Made by a program: the position numbers and the translations under genes. A stretch of DNA of 64,000 nt from an uncultured Bacteroidota bacterium (GTDB lineage Bacteria; Bacteroidota; Bacteroidia; AKYH767-A; OLB10): NCBI GenBank assembly GCA_903847585.1, contig CAINEC010000172.1:2717-66716 (forward strand). Reading direction: 5' to 3'. Shown here one piece after another: positions 46,081-56,507 of the stretch (position 1 is its first letter; the number at the start of each line of letters is the position of its first letter). The notes below the pieces were generated by a model. The model was given only the letters and a program-made list of their open reading frames with translations. It was not told the origin of the DNA and made no database searches.

Positions 46081-46097
46081 TGAATTTTCAAATTAAA

Positions 46098-47075
46098 TCA
46101 GTGATTCCTCTCTGTCGTAAACCTAACCAACTCCATTAAAGAAGTCTTGTACTCACTGTCAGGGATATCCGTTAAAAGGTCGAAGGCTTTTTGTTGGTAG
46201 CTGTACATTGCATTGCGGGCATAGTCTAATCCACCATTAGATAAAACTAGTTGTATCACTTGCTCAACTCGCTTGCTATCGTCTGAATGATGCTTAATCG
46301 TATTAATGATAAACTTCTTATCGACTTTACTTACTTTTTGCAAAGTATAAATAACAGGAAGCGTCATTTTATGTTCTTTGATATCGATGCCTTTTGGTTT
46401 GCCTGTCTTCACACTTTCTTCGTAATCGAATAAATCATCTTTGATTTGAAAAGCAATTCCTACAGACTCGCCAAAGTCGTGCATACGTTGTATCATTGCA
46501 GCATCACATCCAACAGAAGCAGCGCCAGTAGCGCAACAAGAAGCAATCAGAGAAGCTGTTTTAGCTCCGATAATTTCATAATAAACTTCTTCTGTTATAT
46601 CCAGCTTGCGTGCTTTTTCGATTTGTAATAACTCGCCTTCACTCATTCTACGAACAGCGTTCGAAACAATTTCGAGTAAATGAAATTCTTTATGCTCAAC
46701 AGAAAGTAATAATCCTTTTGAAAGTAAATAATCACCTACCAACACTGCAATTTTATTTTTCCATAAAGCATTAATCGAGAAAAATCCACGACGTAAATTA
46801 CTATCATCTACTACATCATCGTGTACTAATGTTGCAGTATGTAATAACTCAATTAATGAAGCAGCACGATATGTTGACTCACCAATGTTACCTGTCATGC
46901 CAGCAGTTAGAAAAACGAACATCGGACGCATTTGCTTCCCTTTTCGCTTAACAATGTAATGCATGATTTTATCGAGCAAAGAAACTTTGCTTTGCATAGC
47001 CACACGGAACTTCTTTTCAAATAGTTCCATTTCATCCTTTACAGGAGCTTTAATACGATCCAATTGGTTGGCCAT
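46098..47075 (-). CDS. ispB: Polyprenyl diphosphate synthase (octaprenyl-type)
   Basis: 325 aa with the first Asp-rich motif 'LVHDDVVDD' and the second 'FQIKDDLFD'. Confidence 0.85.
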   Translation of the reverse strand: MANQLDRIKAPVKDEMELFEKKFRVAMQSKVSLLDKIMHYIVKRKGKQMRPMFVFLTAGMTGNIGESTYRAASLIELLHTATLVHDDVVDDSNLRRGFFSINALWKNKIAVLVGDYLLSKGLLLSVEHKEFHLLEIVSNAVRRMSEGELLQIEKARKLDITEEVYYEIIGAKTASLIASCCATGAASVGCDAAMIQRMHDFGESVGIAFQIKDDLFDYEESVKTGKPKGIDIKEHKMTLPVIYTLQKVSKVDKKFIINTIKHHSDDSKRVEQVIQLVLSNGGLDYARNAMYSYQQKAFDLLTDIPDSEYKTSLMELVRFTTERNH

Positions 47076-47090
47076 GGGAGAGCAAATGTA

Positions 47091-47483
47091 TTAATTCGCC
47101 TTGAAATAAATAGGCAAATTCAACTGCACATTTACAGGCTTTCCTTCCAGCTTGCCGGGTGTCCAAAGTGGCATTGATTTTACGAGGCGAACAGCTTCTT
47201 TAGCAAGGGCAGCATCGACATCATTCTTAACTTTAACATCGGTTACCTTTCCTTTTTTATCGACCACAAAACTGACGAAAACCTTCCCAGAAACTTCTTT
47301 CAAGGCGGGGTATTTTAGATTTAGTGAAATGTATTCTTGCAATGCCTCATTTCCTCCGGGATACTCTGGCATTTGATCGACCACAATAAAAGTATCGTCG
47401 CGGTTAGTACTGTGTTCTGGTAATTGCTGTGCTGTAACACTTAATGTTATCAAAGAAAAGAATAAGACAATCCACTTTTTCAT
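47091..47483 (-). CDS. Small secreted TonB-C-terminal-domain protein
   Basis: 130 aa with a signal peptide: 'MPEYPGGNEALQEYISLNLKYPA...GKVFVSFVVDKKGKVTDVKV'. Confidence 0.6.
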   Translation of the reverse strand: MKKWIVLFFSLITLSVTAQQLPEHSTNRDDTFIVVDQMPEYPGGNEALQEYISLNLKYPALKEVSGKVFVSFVVDKKGKVTDVKVKNDVDAALAKEAVRLVKSMPLWTPGKLEGKPVNVQLNLPIYFKAN

Positions 47484-47500
47484 AGTACTAAATTTAGTAA

Positions 47501-48010
47501 TTATTTCTTTTTAAATACTGGCACTGTGCTGCAGGGCTCGCCAAACATGATACTCTTTGCTACAGGTCGAAGTTTAGCTGCTAAATAAAAATAAGCAGCA
47601 GCAGGTACTGGCTTATCCGAACACCCTTTAATAATCACACGTGCATCTTGATAGGTATGCACATTCATCGCATCAATTACTTGTTCAAACAATTTGTTTT
47701 CTAACTCCTCTGCATTACCGAAGTAAACCATTTTAGCAAAAGGTTGAAGCGCAGTTGCCACCAACATATATGCCCAATGCGGAATCACAGCATCCACCGA
47801 ACAATAAACAGCAACAAAACAATCTTGATATTGCGACCAATCTGTAGAAGCAATATACTCGCGAAACGATTTTTCTCTCAACAAAACATCCTCTATCAAT
47901 TGCTCGCGAATATCAATCACCTTTCGTTGACCTTCAGGATAAAAGTCTTCGAGATTAATAGTGATTAATCCGCTTTGCTCTACTTTATTGATGATGGTTT
48001 CTTCGCTCAT
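47501..48010 (-). CDS. Conserved hypothetical protein at the distal end of the suf cluster (DUF2480-like, from memory)
   Basis: 169 aa. It lies 1 nt from the upstream gene and has no catalytic motif that I recognise. Confidence 0.45.
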   Translation of the reverse strand: MSEETIINKVEQSGLITINLEDFYPEGQRKVIDIREQLIEDVLLREKSFREYIASTDWSQYQDCFVAVYCSVDAVIPHWAYMLVATALQPFAKMVYFGNAEELENKLFEQVIDAMNVHTYQDARVIIKGCSDKPVPAAAYFYLAAKLRPVAKSIMFGEPCSTVPVFKKK

Positions 48011-48011
48011 A

Positions 48012-48377
48012 TTACCACATGCCTAGTTCTAATCGTGCTTCTTCGCTCATCATTTCCTTTTCCCAAGGAGGATCAAAAGTAATTTCAACCCGCGCTGAAT
48101 TTACATCAGGGATTTCGCGAATTTTATTTTCAACATCAGGAGGTAATGTTTCTGCTACAGGACAAGCTGGAGAGGTTAACGTCATCATGATGTGAACATC
48201 ATTACCCTCATTGATACGAATTTCATAAATCAATCCTAACTCCCAAATATCCACTGGAATTTCCGGATCATAGCATGTTTTTAATGTAGCGATGATTCGT
48301 TCACGCAATGAAGGAGTAGTTGGAATATCGATTCCCTCGTTCTTATTTTCTTCCGGCTTATTTTGTTCTTCACTCAT
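48012..48377 (-). CDS. DUF59-domain Fe-S assembly protein (SufT-like)
   Basis: 'CYDPEIPVDIWELGLIY...TLTSPACPVAE'. I chose the ATG at 48377, which avoids overlap with sufE. Confidence 0.7.
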   Translation of the reverse strand: MSEEQNKPEENKNEGIDIPTTPSLRERIIATLKTCYDPEIPVDIWELGLIYEIRINEGNDVHIMMTLTSPACPVAETLPPDVENKIREIPDVNSARVEITFDPPWEKEMMSEEARLELGMW

Positions 48378-48378
48378 A

Positions 48379-48804
48379 TCACATATTCTTATGCTGAAAT
48401 CCAACAGCGTATAATTTCATTTGTTTTATCATTGCTGCAAGTCCGTTAGCACGTGTTTGCGCCATATGACTGCGTAATCCAATCTGATCAATAAATCCTA
48501 ATTCTGCATTTACAATTGCCTCTGCTGGTTGTCCGGATAATACTTCCATCAATAACGCAATTTCTCCTTTCACAAAAACAGAATCACTGTCTGCGAAAAA
48601 TTCAATGATGCCATTATTTTCATTAGCAGTAAGCCAAACACTACTCTGACAACCTTTGATCTTATTCTCATCCACTTTAAACTCCGCAGCTAGGGGTTTT
48701 AATTTTTGTCCGATTTCAATGATGTATTGGTACTTCTCTTCCCAAGTATCAAACAAAGCGAAATCATCAACAATTTCATTTTCTATTTCGGCGATTGTAC
48801 GCAT
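48379..48804 (-). CDS. sufE: Sulfur acceptor SufE
   Basis: 141 aa with 'KIKGCQSSVWL' carrying the conserved Cys. Confidence 0.85.
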   Translation of the reverse strand: MRTIAEIENEIVDDFALFDTWEEKYQYIIEIGQKLKPLAAEFKVDENKIKGCQSSVWLTANENNGIIEFFADSDSVFVKGEIALLMEVLSGQPAEAIVNAELGFIDQIGLRSHMAQTRANGLAAMIKQMKLYAVGFQHKNM

Positions 48805-48805
48805 A

Positions 48806-50050
48806 TCAAACGGCTAATAATTGAATGGCTTTTTTTAATTGCTCGATAAAGAAATCGATTTCTTCTTTGGTATTATAAAACATAAATGAAGCACGAATCG
48901 TTCCTGGAATTCCAAACCAATCCATCACAGGTTCCGCACAATGTTGTCCGGTACGAACTGCAATGCCTTTAGTATCGAGAAACATTCCAATGTCCATTGC
49001 ATTGACTTTATCTACCACAAAAGAAATAACAGCTGCTTTATTTTTTGCTGTTCCAATGATTCTAACGGCTGGGATATCCGCTAACAACGATGTACAGTAA
49101 TTCAACAATTCGATTTCCTGCTCATGGGCTCCTACTCTATCAATCGAATTCCAGTAATCAATTGCAGCACCCATTGCAATCACATCTGCAATATTAGGAG
49201 TGCCTGCTTCAAACTTATAAGGGACATCATTCCAGGTAGTGCCTTTAAACGACACCGACTTTATCATCTCTCCTCCACCGTGATAGGGAGGCATGTCTTC
49301 TAATAAATGTAGCTTGCCATATACAGCACCGATTCCAGTTGGACCTAACATTTTATGTGCACTAAAAACAAAAAAGTCGCAATCTAACGCCTGCACATCT
49401 ACGTATTCATGCGCGACTGCTTGTGCACCATCCACTAATACAGGAATATTTCTTTCGTGTGCTTTCGCAATTACTGTTTCCAGTGGATTAATTGTTCCTA
49501 ATGAATTTGCGGTATGTGTGATTGATACAAACTTGCAGTTATCATTTAGTAATTCATCCAGCGTATCTAAAACTAACTCACCTCGATCATTCATAGGAAT
49601 TACATTCAATCGTGCGCCTTTCTCTTCACATAGCAACTGCCAGGGAACAATATTCGAATGATGTTCCATTGCGCTGACTAAAATCGTATCTCCTTGTTGA
49701 ATATTTTTTCTTCCGTATGTAGCAGCTACTAGATTTACTCCTTCAGTAGTACCACGAACAAAAATAATTTCTCGCTCTGATGCAGCATTGATAAATCCTC
49801 TTACTTTTTCACGCACTCCATCAAAGGCATCACTTGCTTTTTGAGAAAGAAAATGAACTCCACGATGAACATTCGCATTGTAATGAGTGTAGTAATTTAC
49901 TAATGCATCAATTACTACTTGCGGCTTTTGCGAGGTAGCTGCATTATCAAAATAAACTAATGGTTTACCATAAGGCAACTCTGAAAGAATTGGAAAATCT
50001 TTTCGGACTTCCAACACATCAAAAGCATTTTTTACCAATGGTTGTTCCAC
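48806..50050 (-). CDS. sufS: Cysteine desulfurase SufS (group II)
   Basis: 414 aa with the PLP-lysine motif 'FSAHKMLGPTGIG' and the catalytic 'RTGQHCAEP'. Confidence 0.92.
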   Translation of the reverse strand: MEQPLVKNAFDVLEVRKDFPILSELPYGKPLVYFDNAATSQKPQVVIDALVNYYTHYNANVHRGVHFLSQKASDAFDGVREKVRGFINAASEREIIFVRGTTEGVNLVAATYGRKNIQQGDTILVSAMEHHSNIVPWQLLCEEKGARLNVIPMNDRGELVLDTLDELLNDNCKFVSITHTANSLGTINPLETVIAKAHERNIPVLVDGAQAVAHEYVDVQALDCDFFVFSAHKMLGPTGIGAVYGKLHLLEDMPPYHGGGEMIKSVSFKGTTWNDVPYKFEAGTPNIADVIAMGAAIDYWNSIDRVGAHEQEIELLNYCTSLLADIPAVRIIGTAKNKAAVISFVVDKVNAMDIGMFLDTKGIAVRTGQHCAEPVMDWFGIPGTIRASFMFYNTKEEIDFFIEQLKKAIQLLAV

Positions 50051-50062
50051 AGTTTGGGTAGA

Positions 50063-51370
50063 TTATTTTAGTTTCTCTTTTAATAATTCAAGCATTTTTT
50101 CTTTGATGCCTTCATGCGCAATACCTTCAATTACATCAGCAGCAAACGCATGATTTAGTAAAGCACGAGCTGCATCCTCACCGATTCCACGAGCACGCAA
50201 ATAAAACAATGCTTCATCATCTAGCTGACCAGTAGTAGCACCATGTGAACATTTCACATCATCAGCAAAAATTTCTAACTGAGGTTTTGCATTCATTGAA
50301 GCTTCATCGCTTAACAATAAATTTTTATTCGATTGAAATGCATTTGTTTTTTGTGCATCCTTACGAACAAAGATTTTTCCGTTGAACACTCCTTGTGCAC
50401 TATCATCGATGATGTTCTTGTATAATTCATTACTATAACAATGCGGCATCGCATGATCAACCACCGTGTGATGATCTACCAATTGATTAAAACGCGCCAC
50501 TGTTAATCCGTTTAAATAGGCCGTTCCATTCACATCTCCTAAACGAATATTTAAATTATTACGAATAAGTCCTCCACCTAAACTTAGTGTTGTTAAATGC
50601 TCGTAACTATCGCGCGCCATTGCTATGCGATGGTAATTAATATGTGTGGTATTTGATGATTCATCTTGCAACTTCACATAATTTACTTTTGCATTTTCAG
50701 CTACTACTACTTCACTCACTGCGTTAACAAAAGCGTTTGTATTATTTCCTTTCGAAACGTATGTTTCAACAACATGAATAGATGCATTTTTTTCTGCTGC
50801 TACAAATACACGAACAGGAATATAAACATTCGCTTCGTTCGATGTATTTACCATCATCAAATGAATTGGTGTATTGTATTCTACATTCGCTTCCGCAAGA
50901 ATACAAACTGCATCTGAAAAAGTAGCGGTGTTTAACGCAACAAAGGGTTCCGACTTATAATCGGCATGTTGCAGAAAATGTTTTTGAATTGCCGCGTTAT
51001 CTTTTAAATCGTGAATACTTCCAATATGAACTCCTTTCGGTAAGCCATCCATGTTAGACGCAGCCTTATTTAAGATTCCGTTTTCAATAATAACTAAAAT
51101 CGCATCTTCCGTTACCTTTTCATTCGTAACATCAGCATTCATAAGCGTTGTATTCGACTTTGAAATTTCAAAGGTCGTATTCGCTAAACGAGTAACATTG
51201 GTATATTTCCATTCTTCATGCTTCGTTGTAGGAATTCCCTGCAATAAGAAAGCTTGTGCCGCATCTTTCGTGATTGCAGCAAATGCATCTACTCTCGGTG
51301 ACGCGTTTACCCAATCCTGAAATAAAGTAGAAGTAAGAATTGTATTTTTTGTTTCTTGCAAAGTGCTCAT
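50063..51370 (-). CDS. sufD: Fe-S cluster assembly protein SufD
   Basis: 435 aa. The C-terminal part reads 'PQLEIFADDVKCSHGATTGQLDDEALFYLRARGI'. Confidence 0.85.
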   Translation of the reverse strand: MSTLQETKNTILTSTLFQDWVNASPRVDAFAAITKDAAQAFLLQGIPTTKHEEWKYTNVTRLANTTFEISKSNTTLMNADVTNEKVTEDAILVIIENGILNKAASNMDGLPKGVHIGSIHDLKDNAAIQKHFLQHADYKSEPFVALNTATFSDAVCILAEANVEYNTPIHLMMVNTSNEANVYIPVRVFVAAEKNASIHVVETYVSKGNNTNAFVNAVSEVVVAENAKVNYVKLQDESSNTTHINYHRIAMARDSYEHLTTLSLGGGLIRNNLNIRLGDVNGTAYLNGLTVARFNQLVDHHTVVDHAMPHCYSNELYKNIIDDSAQGVFNGKIFVRKDAQKTNAFQSNKNLLLSDEASMNAKPQLEIFADDVKCSHGATTGQLDDEALFYLRARGIGEDAARALLNHAFAADVIEGIAHEGIKEKMLELLKEKLK

Positions 51371-51374
51371 GATA

Positions 51375-52139
51375 TTACGCGTTTAAAGTTGCGTCCACTT
51401 CTTCCTTAATCCAATCGTAGCCTTTCTCTTCTAACTCAAGTGCTAATTCTTTTGTTCCCGACTTCACAATTCTTCCTTTGTACAATACATGAACAAAATC
51501 CGGAACGATATAATCTAACAAACGTTGGTAATGCGTAATCACAATAAACGAACGATTTCCATCGCGCAATGCATTCACACCATTTGCAACAATACGTAAC
51601 GCATCGATATCTAAACCAGAATCTGTTTCATCTAAAATTGCTAACGATGGCTCTAACATCGCCATTTGAAAAATCTCATTACGCTTTTTCTCTCCTCCAC
51701 TGAATCCTTCGTTCACCGAACGTTGCGTCATCGTTTTATCCATCTCCACTAATTTCATTTTCTCTTGCATCAATTTTAAAAACTGTTTTGAGTCTAATGC
51801 TTCTAACCCTTTCGATTTACGCACTTCATTCACAGCGGTCTTTAAAAAATTTGCATTACTCACTCCTGGAATTTCAACTGGATATTGAAAAGCTAAAAAT
51901 ACTCCTGCGCGTGCGCGATCTTCAGGACTCATGTCTAATAAATCTTCTCCGTTGAATAATACTTCTCCTCCCGTTACTTCATATTCTTCTCTTCCTGCAA
52001 GCACACTTGCAAGCGTACTTTTACCTGAACCATTCGGGCCCATGATTGCATGCACTTCACCTGGTTTCACTTCGAAATTAAGTCCGTTTAAAATTTGTTT
52101 TTCTTCAACGGAAGCTTTTAAATCTTTTATCGTTAACAT
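51375..52139 (-). CDS. sufC: Fe-S cluster assembly ATPase SufC
   Basis: 254 aa with Walker A 'GPNGSGKST', the signature 'FSGGEKKR' and Walker B '[12 protein letters not shown]'. Confidence 0.95.
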   Translation of the reverse strand: MLTIKDLKASVEEKQILNGLNFEVKPGEVHAIMGPNGSGKSTLASVLAGREEYEVTGGEVLFNGEDLLDMSPEDRARAGVFLAFQYPVEIPGVSNANFLKTAVNEVRKSKGLEALDSKQFLKLMQEKMKLVEMDKTMTQRSVNEGFSGGEKKRNEIFQMAMLEPSLAILDETDSGLDIDALRIVANGVNALRDGNRSFIVITHYQRLLDYIVPDFVHVLYKGRIVKSGTKELALELEEKGYDWIKEEVDATLNA

Positions 52140-52170
52140 TTTTTATTTTGTATTTCGCTTGATTAAATTT

Positions 52171-53616
52171 TTATCCTACTGAACCTTCTAATGAGATGGC
52201 TAATAATTTTTGTGCTTCTACAGCAAACTCCATTGGCAACTGATTAAATACTTCTTTGCAATAACCATTCACAATTAATCCTACTGCATCTTCAGTTGAG
52301 ATACCACGTTGGTTGCAATAAAATATTTGATCTTCTCCTACTTTTGATGTAGTTGCTTCGTGTTCTACTTTCGCCGACTTATTACTTACTTCTAAATAAG
52401 GGAATGTATGTGCACCGCATTGATCGCCTAGTAATAATGAATCGCACTGAGAAAAGTTCCTTGCGTTATCAGCACTCTTATTAATCTTTACTAAACCTCT
52501 GTAACTATTATGACTTCTTCCTCCACTAATTCCTTTCGAGATAATTGTACTACTGGTATTTTTTCCGATATGAATCATCTTTGTACCAGTATCTGCTTGT
52601 TGCATATTATTCGTTACTGCAACTGAATAAAATTCTCCAACAGAATTATCACCTTTTAAAATTACAGAAGGATATTTCCAGGTTACAGCAGAACCTGTTT
52701 CAACTTGCGTCCATGAAATTTTTGATTTATTTCCTAAACAAATTCCACGCTTCGTAACAAAATTGAAAATACCACCCTTTCCTTCTTTATCTCCCGGATA
52801 CCAGTTCTGCACCGTTGAATATTTCACTTGTGCTTCGGCATGAGATACAATTTCAACTACTGCTGCATGCAACTGATTTTCGTCGCGCATAGGAGCAGTA
52901 CAACCTTCGAGGTAACTCACATAAGCACCTTCATCAGCTATGATTAATGTACGTTCAAACTGACCAGTACCTGCTGAGTTAATTCGGAAATACGTACTTA
53001 ATTCCATCGGACAGCGCACTCCTTTCGGGATATAGCAGAACGAACCATCACTGAATACCGCAGCATTTAACGCTGCATAAAAATTATCGGTGTACGGCAC
53101 TACACTACCTAAATATTTCTTTACTAATTCTGGATGTTCATGAACAGCTTCTGAAAAAGAAGAGAAAATAATTCCTTTCTCTAAAAGTGCTTCACGAAAA
53201 GTTGTTTTAACAGAAACTGAATCGATAACCGCATCAACTGCCACATTCGCTAAACGCTTTTGTTCTTCGAGTGAAATTCCAAGTTTATCAAACGTTGCTT
53301 TTATTTCCGGATCTAAGTCATCAAGACTATCTAGCTGCACTTTTGGTTTTGGTGCGGAGTAATAAATGATGTCTTGAAAATCAACTTTCGGATAGGTAAC
53401 ATTTGGCCATACTGGCTCTGTCATGGTTTGCCAATGGCGGAATGCTTTGAGTCTGTATTCGAGTAACCATTCTGGCTCATTCTTTTTTGCAGAGATGAAA
53501 CGAACGATATCCTCGTTAAGTCCTTTAGGAGCATTATCACTTTCGATATTACTTACAAACCCCCATTTATACTCGGAGTTAGCAACATCGTCTAATAATT
53601 TTAAGTCGTCAGACAT
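52171..53616 (-). CDS. sufB: Fe-S cluster assembly scaffold SufB
   Basis: 481 aa: '[11 protein letters not shown]', '[14 protein letters not shown]', '[21 protein letters not shown]'. Confidence 0.95.
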   Translation of the reverse strand: MSDDLKLLDDVANSEYKWGFVSNIESDNAPKGLNEDIVRFISAKKNEPEWLLEYRLKAFRHWQTMTEPVWPNVTYPKVDFQDIIYYSAPKPKVQLDSLDDLDPEIKATFDKLGISLEEQKRLANVAVDAVIDSVSVKTTFREALLEKGIIFSSFSEAVHEHPELVKKYLGSVVPYTDNFYAALNAAVFSDGSFCYIPKGVRCPMELSTYFRINSAGTGQFERTLIIADEGAYVSYLEGCTAPMRDENQLHAAVVEIVSHAEAQVKYSTVQNWYPGDKEGKGGIFNFVTKRGICLGNKSKISWTQVETGSAVTWKYPSVILKGDNSVGEFYSVAVTNNMQQADTGTKMIHIGKNTSSTIISKGISGGRSHNSYRGLVKINKSADNARNFSQCDSLLLGDQCGAHTFPYLEVSNKSAKVEHEATTSKVGEDQIFYCNQRGISTEDAVGLIVNGYCKEVFNQLPMEFAVEAQKLLAISLEGSVG

Positions 53617-53638
53617 GAACTAAAATCTTTTAAAATGA

Positions 53639-53965
53639 TTAAACCGCGAACGATTCGCCACATCCACAGGTGCGCGTTGCGTTTGGATTATGGAATTCAA
53701 AACCTTTTCCGTTAAGGCCGTCGGAGAAGTCGAGTTGGGTACCAACGAGGTATAAAAAGCTCTTCTTATCGCATACTATTTTCATTCCTTTATCTTCGAA
53801 AATCTTATCACCTTCTTTGATAACACTATCAAATTCAAGCTTATAAGAAAGACCTGAGCATCCACCGCCTTCTACTCCTACGCGGATAAATGAGTCAGCT
53901 GGGCGATTCTCTTCCTTCATTAAATCGCGCGCTTTTTCGATGGCTTTTTCTGTTACGGTAATCAT
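53639..53965 (-). CDS. A-type Fe-S carrier (IscA/SufA/ErpA family)
   Basis: 108 aa with 'GGGCSGLSY' and the C-terminal 'CGCGESF'. Confidence 0.85.
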   Translation of the reverse strand: MITVTEKAIEKARDLMKEENRPADSFIRVGVEGGGCSGLSYKLEFDSVIKEGDKIFEDKGMKIVCDKKSFLYLVGTQLDFSDGLNGKGFEFHNPNATRTCGCGESFAV

Positions 53966-54095
53966 GTTATTAACAATTTGATGGCAAAGATACGATGAAA
54001 AATTCCTATTTAGAACAATTCTATATAGGAAATGTTAATAGATGGTCAAAAAGATTTTCGCTCTAAAAAACGTATAGTTTGATTAAGTAGATTAA

Positions 54096-54124
54096 TGAAA
54101 AAAGTCGCCCTTTTGAGCGACTTT
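54096..54124 (-). terminator. Rho-independent terminator after the SIMPL-like gene
   Basis: Stem aaagtcgc/gcgacttt, followed by a T-run on the minus strand. Confidence 0.5.
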
Positions 54125-54149
54125 CGAATAATGTTAAAAACGGAGCTGA

Positions 54150-54884
54150 TTAGTCCAGTTTATAGTTCAATTTCATGGTTATAGAAGCCGTTTTCTCGCG
54201 AGAAGAAGTATTATATGCCCCTCCCCATGAATAATCTTCTCCAGAATTTTGCCCAGTTATCTGAATAATTCCCATTTGAGCGGTGGTTAGTTTATCGATA
54301 TGGCTTCCAGATTCTTCTGCAATTTTTTCAGCACGCTCACGTGCATCCTTAGTAGCTTTAGAAACTAATGAAAGTTTTAAATCGGCCAATTTGGTGTAAT
54401 AATAACGAGGTGCTTGGGAATTCAATTGAATACCTTCATTAATTAACTCCGTAATATTACGTGACACTTCTTCTACTTGATCAATTTTTGAAGAGGTAAT
54501 TTCAACCGACTGCGTGAGTTTGTATCCTGCGAAATCTTGTCCTACTACTTCTCCATTATTACCATAACGATAGGTAGTTAAATTCTCAACAGAAATAGAA
54601 CTAAACACCAATGATTTTTTATCAAGACCTTTTGCTATAAGGTATTTTTCGATGGTTGCTTTATCTGAATTAAGCGCTGCCGAAGCTGCTTTCATATCCA
54701 TATCCTGGCGAGCGAAAGAACCTTCCCAAACAATTAAATCAGATGTGAAATTTATTTCTCCAAGTCCTGTTACTGATATAACGTTATCGGGCTTATTACG
54801 ATTCATGATGGCATTGCCCAATGCAAATGCAGCAATGATAATGGCAACTGAATACAAGATGGATGTTAGATTATTTTTAAGCAT
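54150..54884 (-). CDS. SIMPL (DUF541)-like periplasmic/membrane-anchored protein
   Basis: 244 aa with an N-terminal TM segment. The layout and 'ISVTGLGE...' start are typical of SIMPL proteins (from memory). Confidence 0.55.
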   Translation of the reverse strand: MLKNNLTSILYSVAIIIAAFALGNAIMNRNKPDNVISVTGLGEINFTSDLIVWEGSFARQDMDMKAASAALNSDKATIEKYLIAKGLDKKSLVFSSISVENLTTYRYGNNGEVVGQDFAGYKLTQSVEITSSKIDQVEEVSRNITELINEGIQLNSQAPRYYYTKLADLKLSLVSKATKDARERAEKIAEESGSHIDKLTTAQMGIIQITGQNSGEDYSWGGAYNTSSREKTASITMKLNYKLD

Positions 54885-54910
54885 GTTTGAAGATATATAA
54901 TTTTTTTGAA

Positions 54911-55492
54911 TTAGAATGTATCACTCCACCATTCATTAATGACCGCAAAAATTTCACGTATGAATCGATAAGGCATATCACTATTAGGAGTTGAACTAGA
55001 TAAAGCGTAAGGAATAAATCCTGCGTCACGAGCTAAATACTGAGCACGATACTGATGATAATTACTTGTTGAAAGATAAATGGGAATCGTAGAATTATTG
55101 GTCAGTGCAATTTTTCTCCTGCTATTAATTATGTTCTCCTCGGTGCTGAACGATTGATCTTCTTGAATTATTCGATTGGCGTTAACCCCATGAGTTAGTA
55201 AATAATCACTCATTGCCTTAGCCTCAGAAACGGGTTCATCTTCACCCTTACCTCCAGAAACAATTACCGTTATCGTTGTATCAAGTAACAAAACATTCAA
55301 CGCTTTGTCGAGTCTACGTTGTAAAGTTGGTGATATGCCATTCTCTCTGACCTTAGCACCCAACACAACCATATACTTTATATCATTTCTTGTTGGATGT
55401 TCATCTTCGAATTTGGAATAAATCAACACTCCAGTAACAGTAAATACAAGGAAGCAAATACCAATAATCGCGAAGAATAGTTTCTTAAGCAT
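54911..55492 (-). CDS. YdcF/ElyC (DUF218) family protein
   Basis: 193 aa with an N-terminal TM segment: 'VVLGAKV...SPTLQRRLD', 'VSGGKG...SEAKAMSDYL', 'EDQSFSTEEN'. Confidence 0.7.
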   Translation of the reverse strand: MLKKLFFAIIGICFLVFTVTGVLIYSKFEDEHPTRNDIKYMVVLGAKVRENGISPTLQRRLDKALNVLLLDTTITVIVSGGKGEDEPVSEAKAMSDYLLTHGVNANRIIQEDQSFSTEENIINSRRKIALTNNSTIPIYLSTSNYHQYRAQYLARDAGFIPYALSSSTPNSDMPYRFIREIFAVINEWWSDTF

Positions 55493-55681
55493 TTTGTTTT
55501 TGCAATGATATATTGAAATGATAAGCGATAATTGGAAACATTAACTCTATACCTATTATATTATTGCGTTGAAATGAAAATATAAACTAAGCAAATGCTC
55601 CAACGATGATAGTAACAGAATAAAGAATGGAGTCTTTATAAGACTTAAACGTAGGATTAAAATTTATTTAAAGTTAGTTTA

Positions 55682-56185
55682 TTAGCCTGGAAAAATCGCA
55701 ATAATCAACGAAACAAAGAGGACAATTCCTAAACCTACTGCTAAAACCAACTTACCACCTTTTGATTTAGTCTGAATAGCATCCATGGTTTCTACTTGCT
55801 TCACTTTCCCTAGTTTCAACAACTCTACTTCGTCCTGTTTTATTGTATGAAAATTTTTATACGTCGCCGGAAATCCAGTTACTGTTACTGTCATCTTTCT
55901 TCCTTTGATATCAGTCTCAAATCGTGGCTCTACTAAAACATCGGCATTCGATTTTTTTATCGCTTCAGCAAGGACTTGATTCTTTAAATCATCACTTACT
56001 TTTTTCCCTCTTGCGTTTATTGTAGCAGAAACTTTTTCCTCTTTCACATCCATATCTACCAAGACAGGTTTTTGAATAACGCCTGATCCGTAAATATCTG
56101 TAGTTTTAGTAGTAATAGCATGCTGCGTTGTACACGATGCAAGAAATAAAATTGATAAGGTAATGACTAAATTGATGTGTTTCAT
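55682..56185 (-). CDS. Hypothetical lipoprotein with an additional C-terminal TM helix
   Basis: 167 aa with the lipobox 'LFLASCT' and the C-terminal 'LVLAVGLGIVLFVSLIIAIF'. Confidence 0.45.
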   Translation of the reverse strand: MKHINLVITLSILFLASCTTQHAITTKTTDIYGSGVIQKPVLVDMDVKEEKVSATINARGKKVSDDLKNQVLAEAIKKSNADVLVEPRFETDIKGRKMTVTVTGFPATYKNFHTIKQDEVELLKLGKVKQVETMDAIQTKSKGGKLVLAVGLGIVLFVSLIIAIFPG

Positions 56186-56211
56186 GATTTATAGTTAGGA
56201 TTTCAAATGTA

Positions 56212-56502
56212 TTATTTTTTCAAATTTATAATTGATTTAAAATTAAAAATAATCAGCTTAGCCCATAAATAAATTAATAAAGGCAAAACGATTACTACTA
56301 AAGGGTTGAACTGATACCCAATTAAAAATTCTCCATGCATACAATGTTGAACTGCTCGCGTAATTCCACAGCCATAGCACGTTTTATCAAGCAATAAAAC
56401 AGATAAACACAAACTCTGACCGCTATCAAAAAAAGAAGCTGGTAAAACCCATAAAATTATAGGTATTACCAGCAACAATATCAGTTGAACTTTATATTTC
56501 AA
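56212..56502 (-). CDS. DUF2752-like small membrane protein
   Basis: 96 aa with a 'CYGCGITRA' motif between TM segments. Confidence 0.55.
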   Translation of the reverse strand: MKYKVQLILLLVIPIILWVLPASFFDSGQSLCLSVLLLDKTCYGCGITRAVQHCMHGEFLIGYQFNPLVVIVLPLLIYLWAKLIIFNFKSIINLKK

Positions 56503-56507
56503 AGTAG

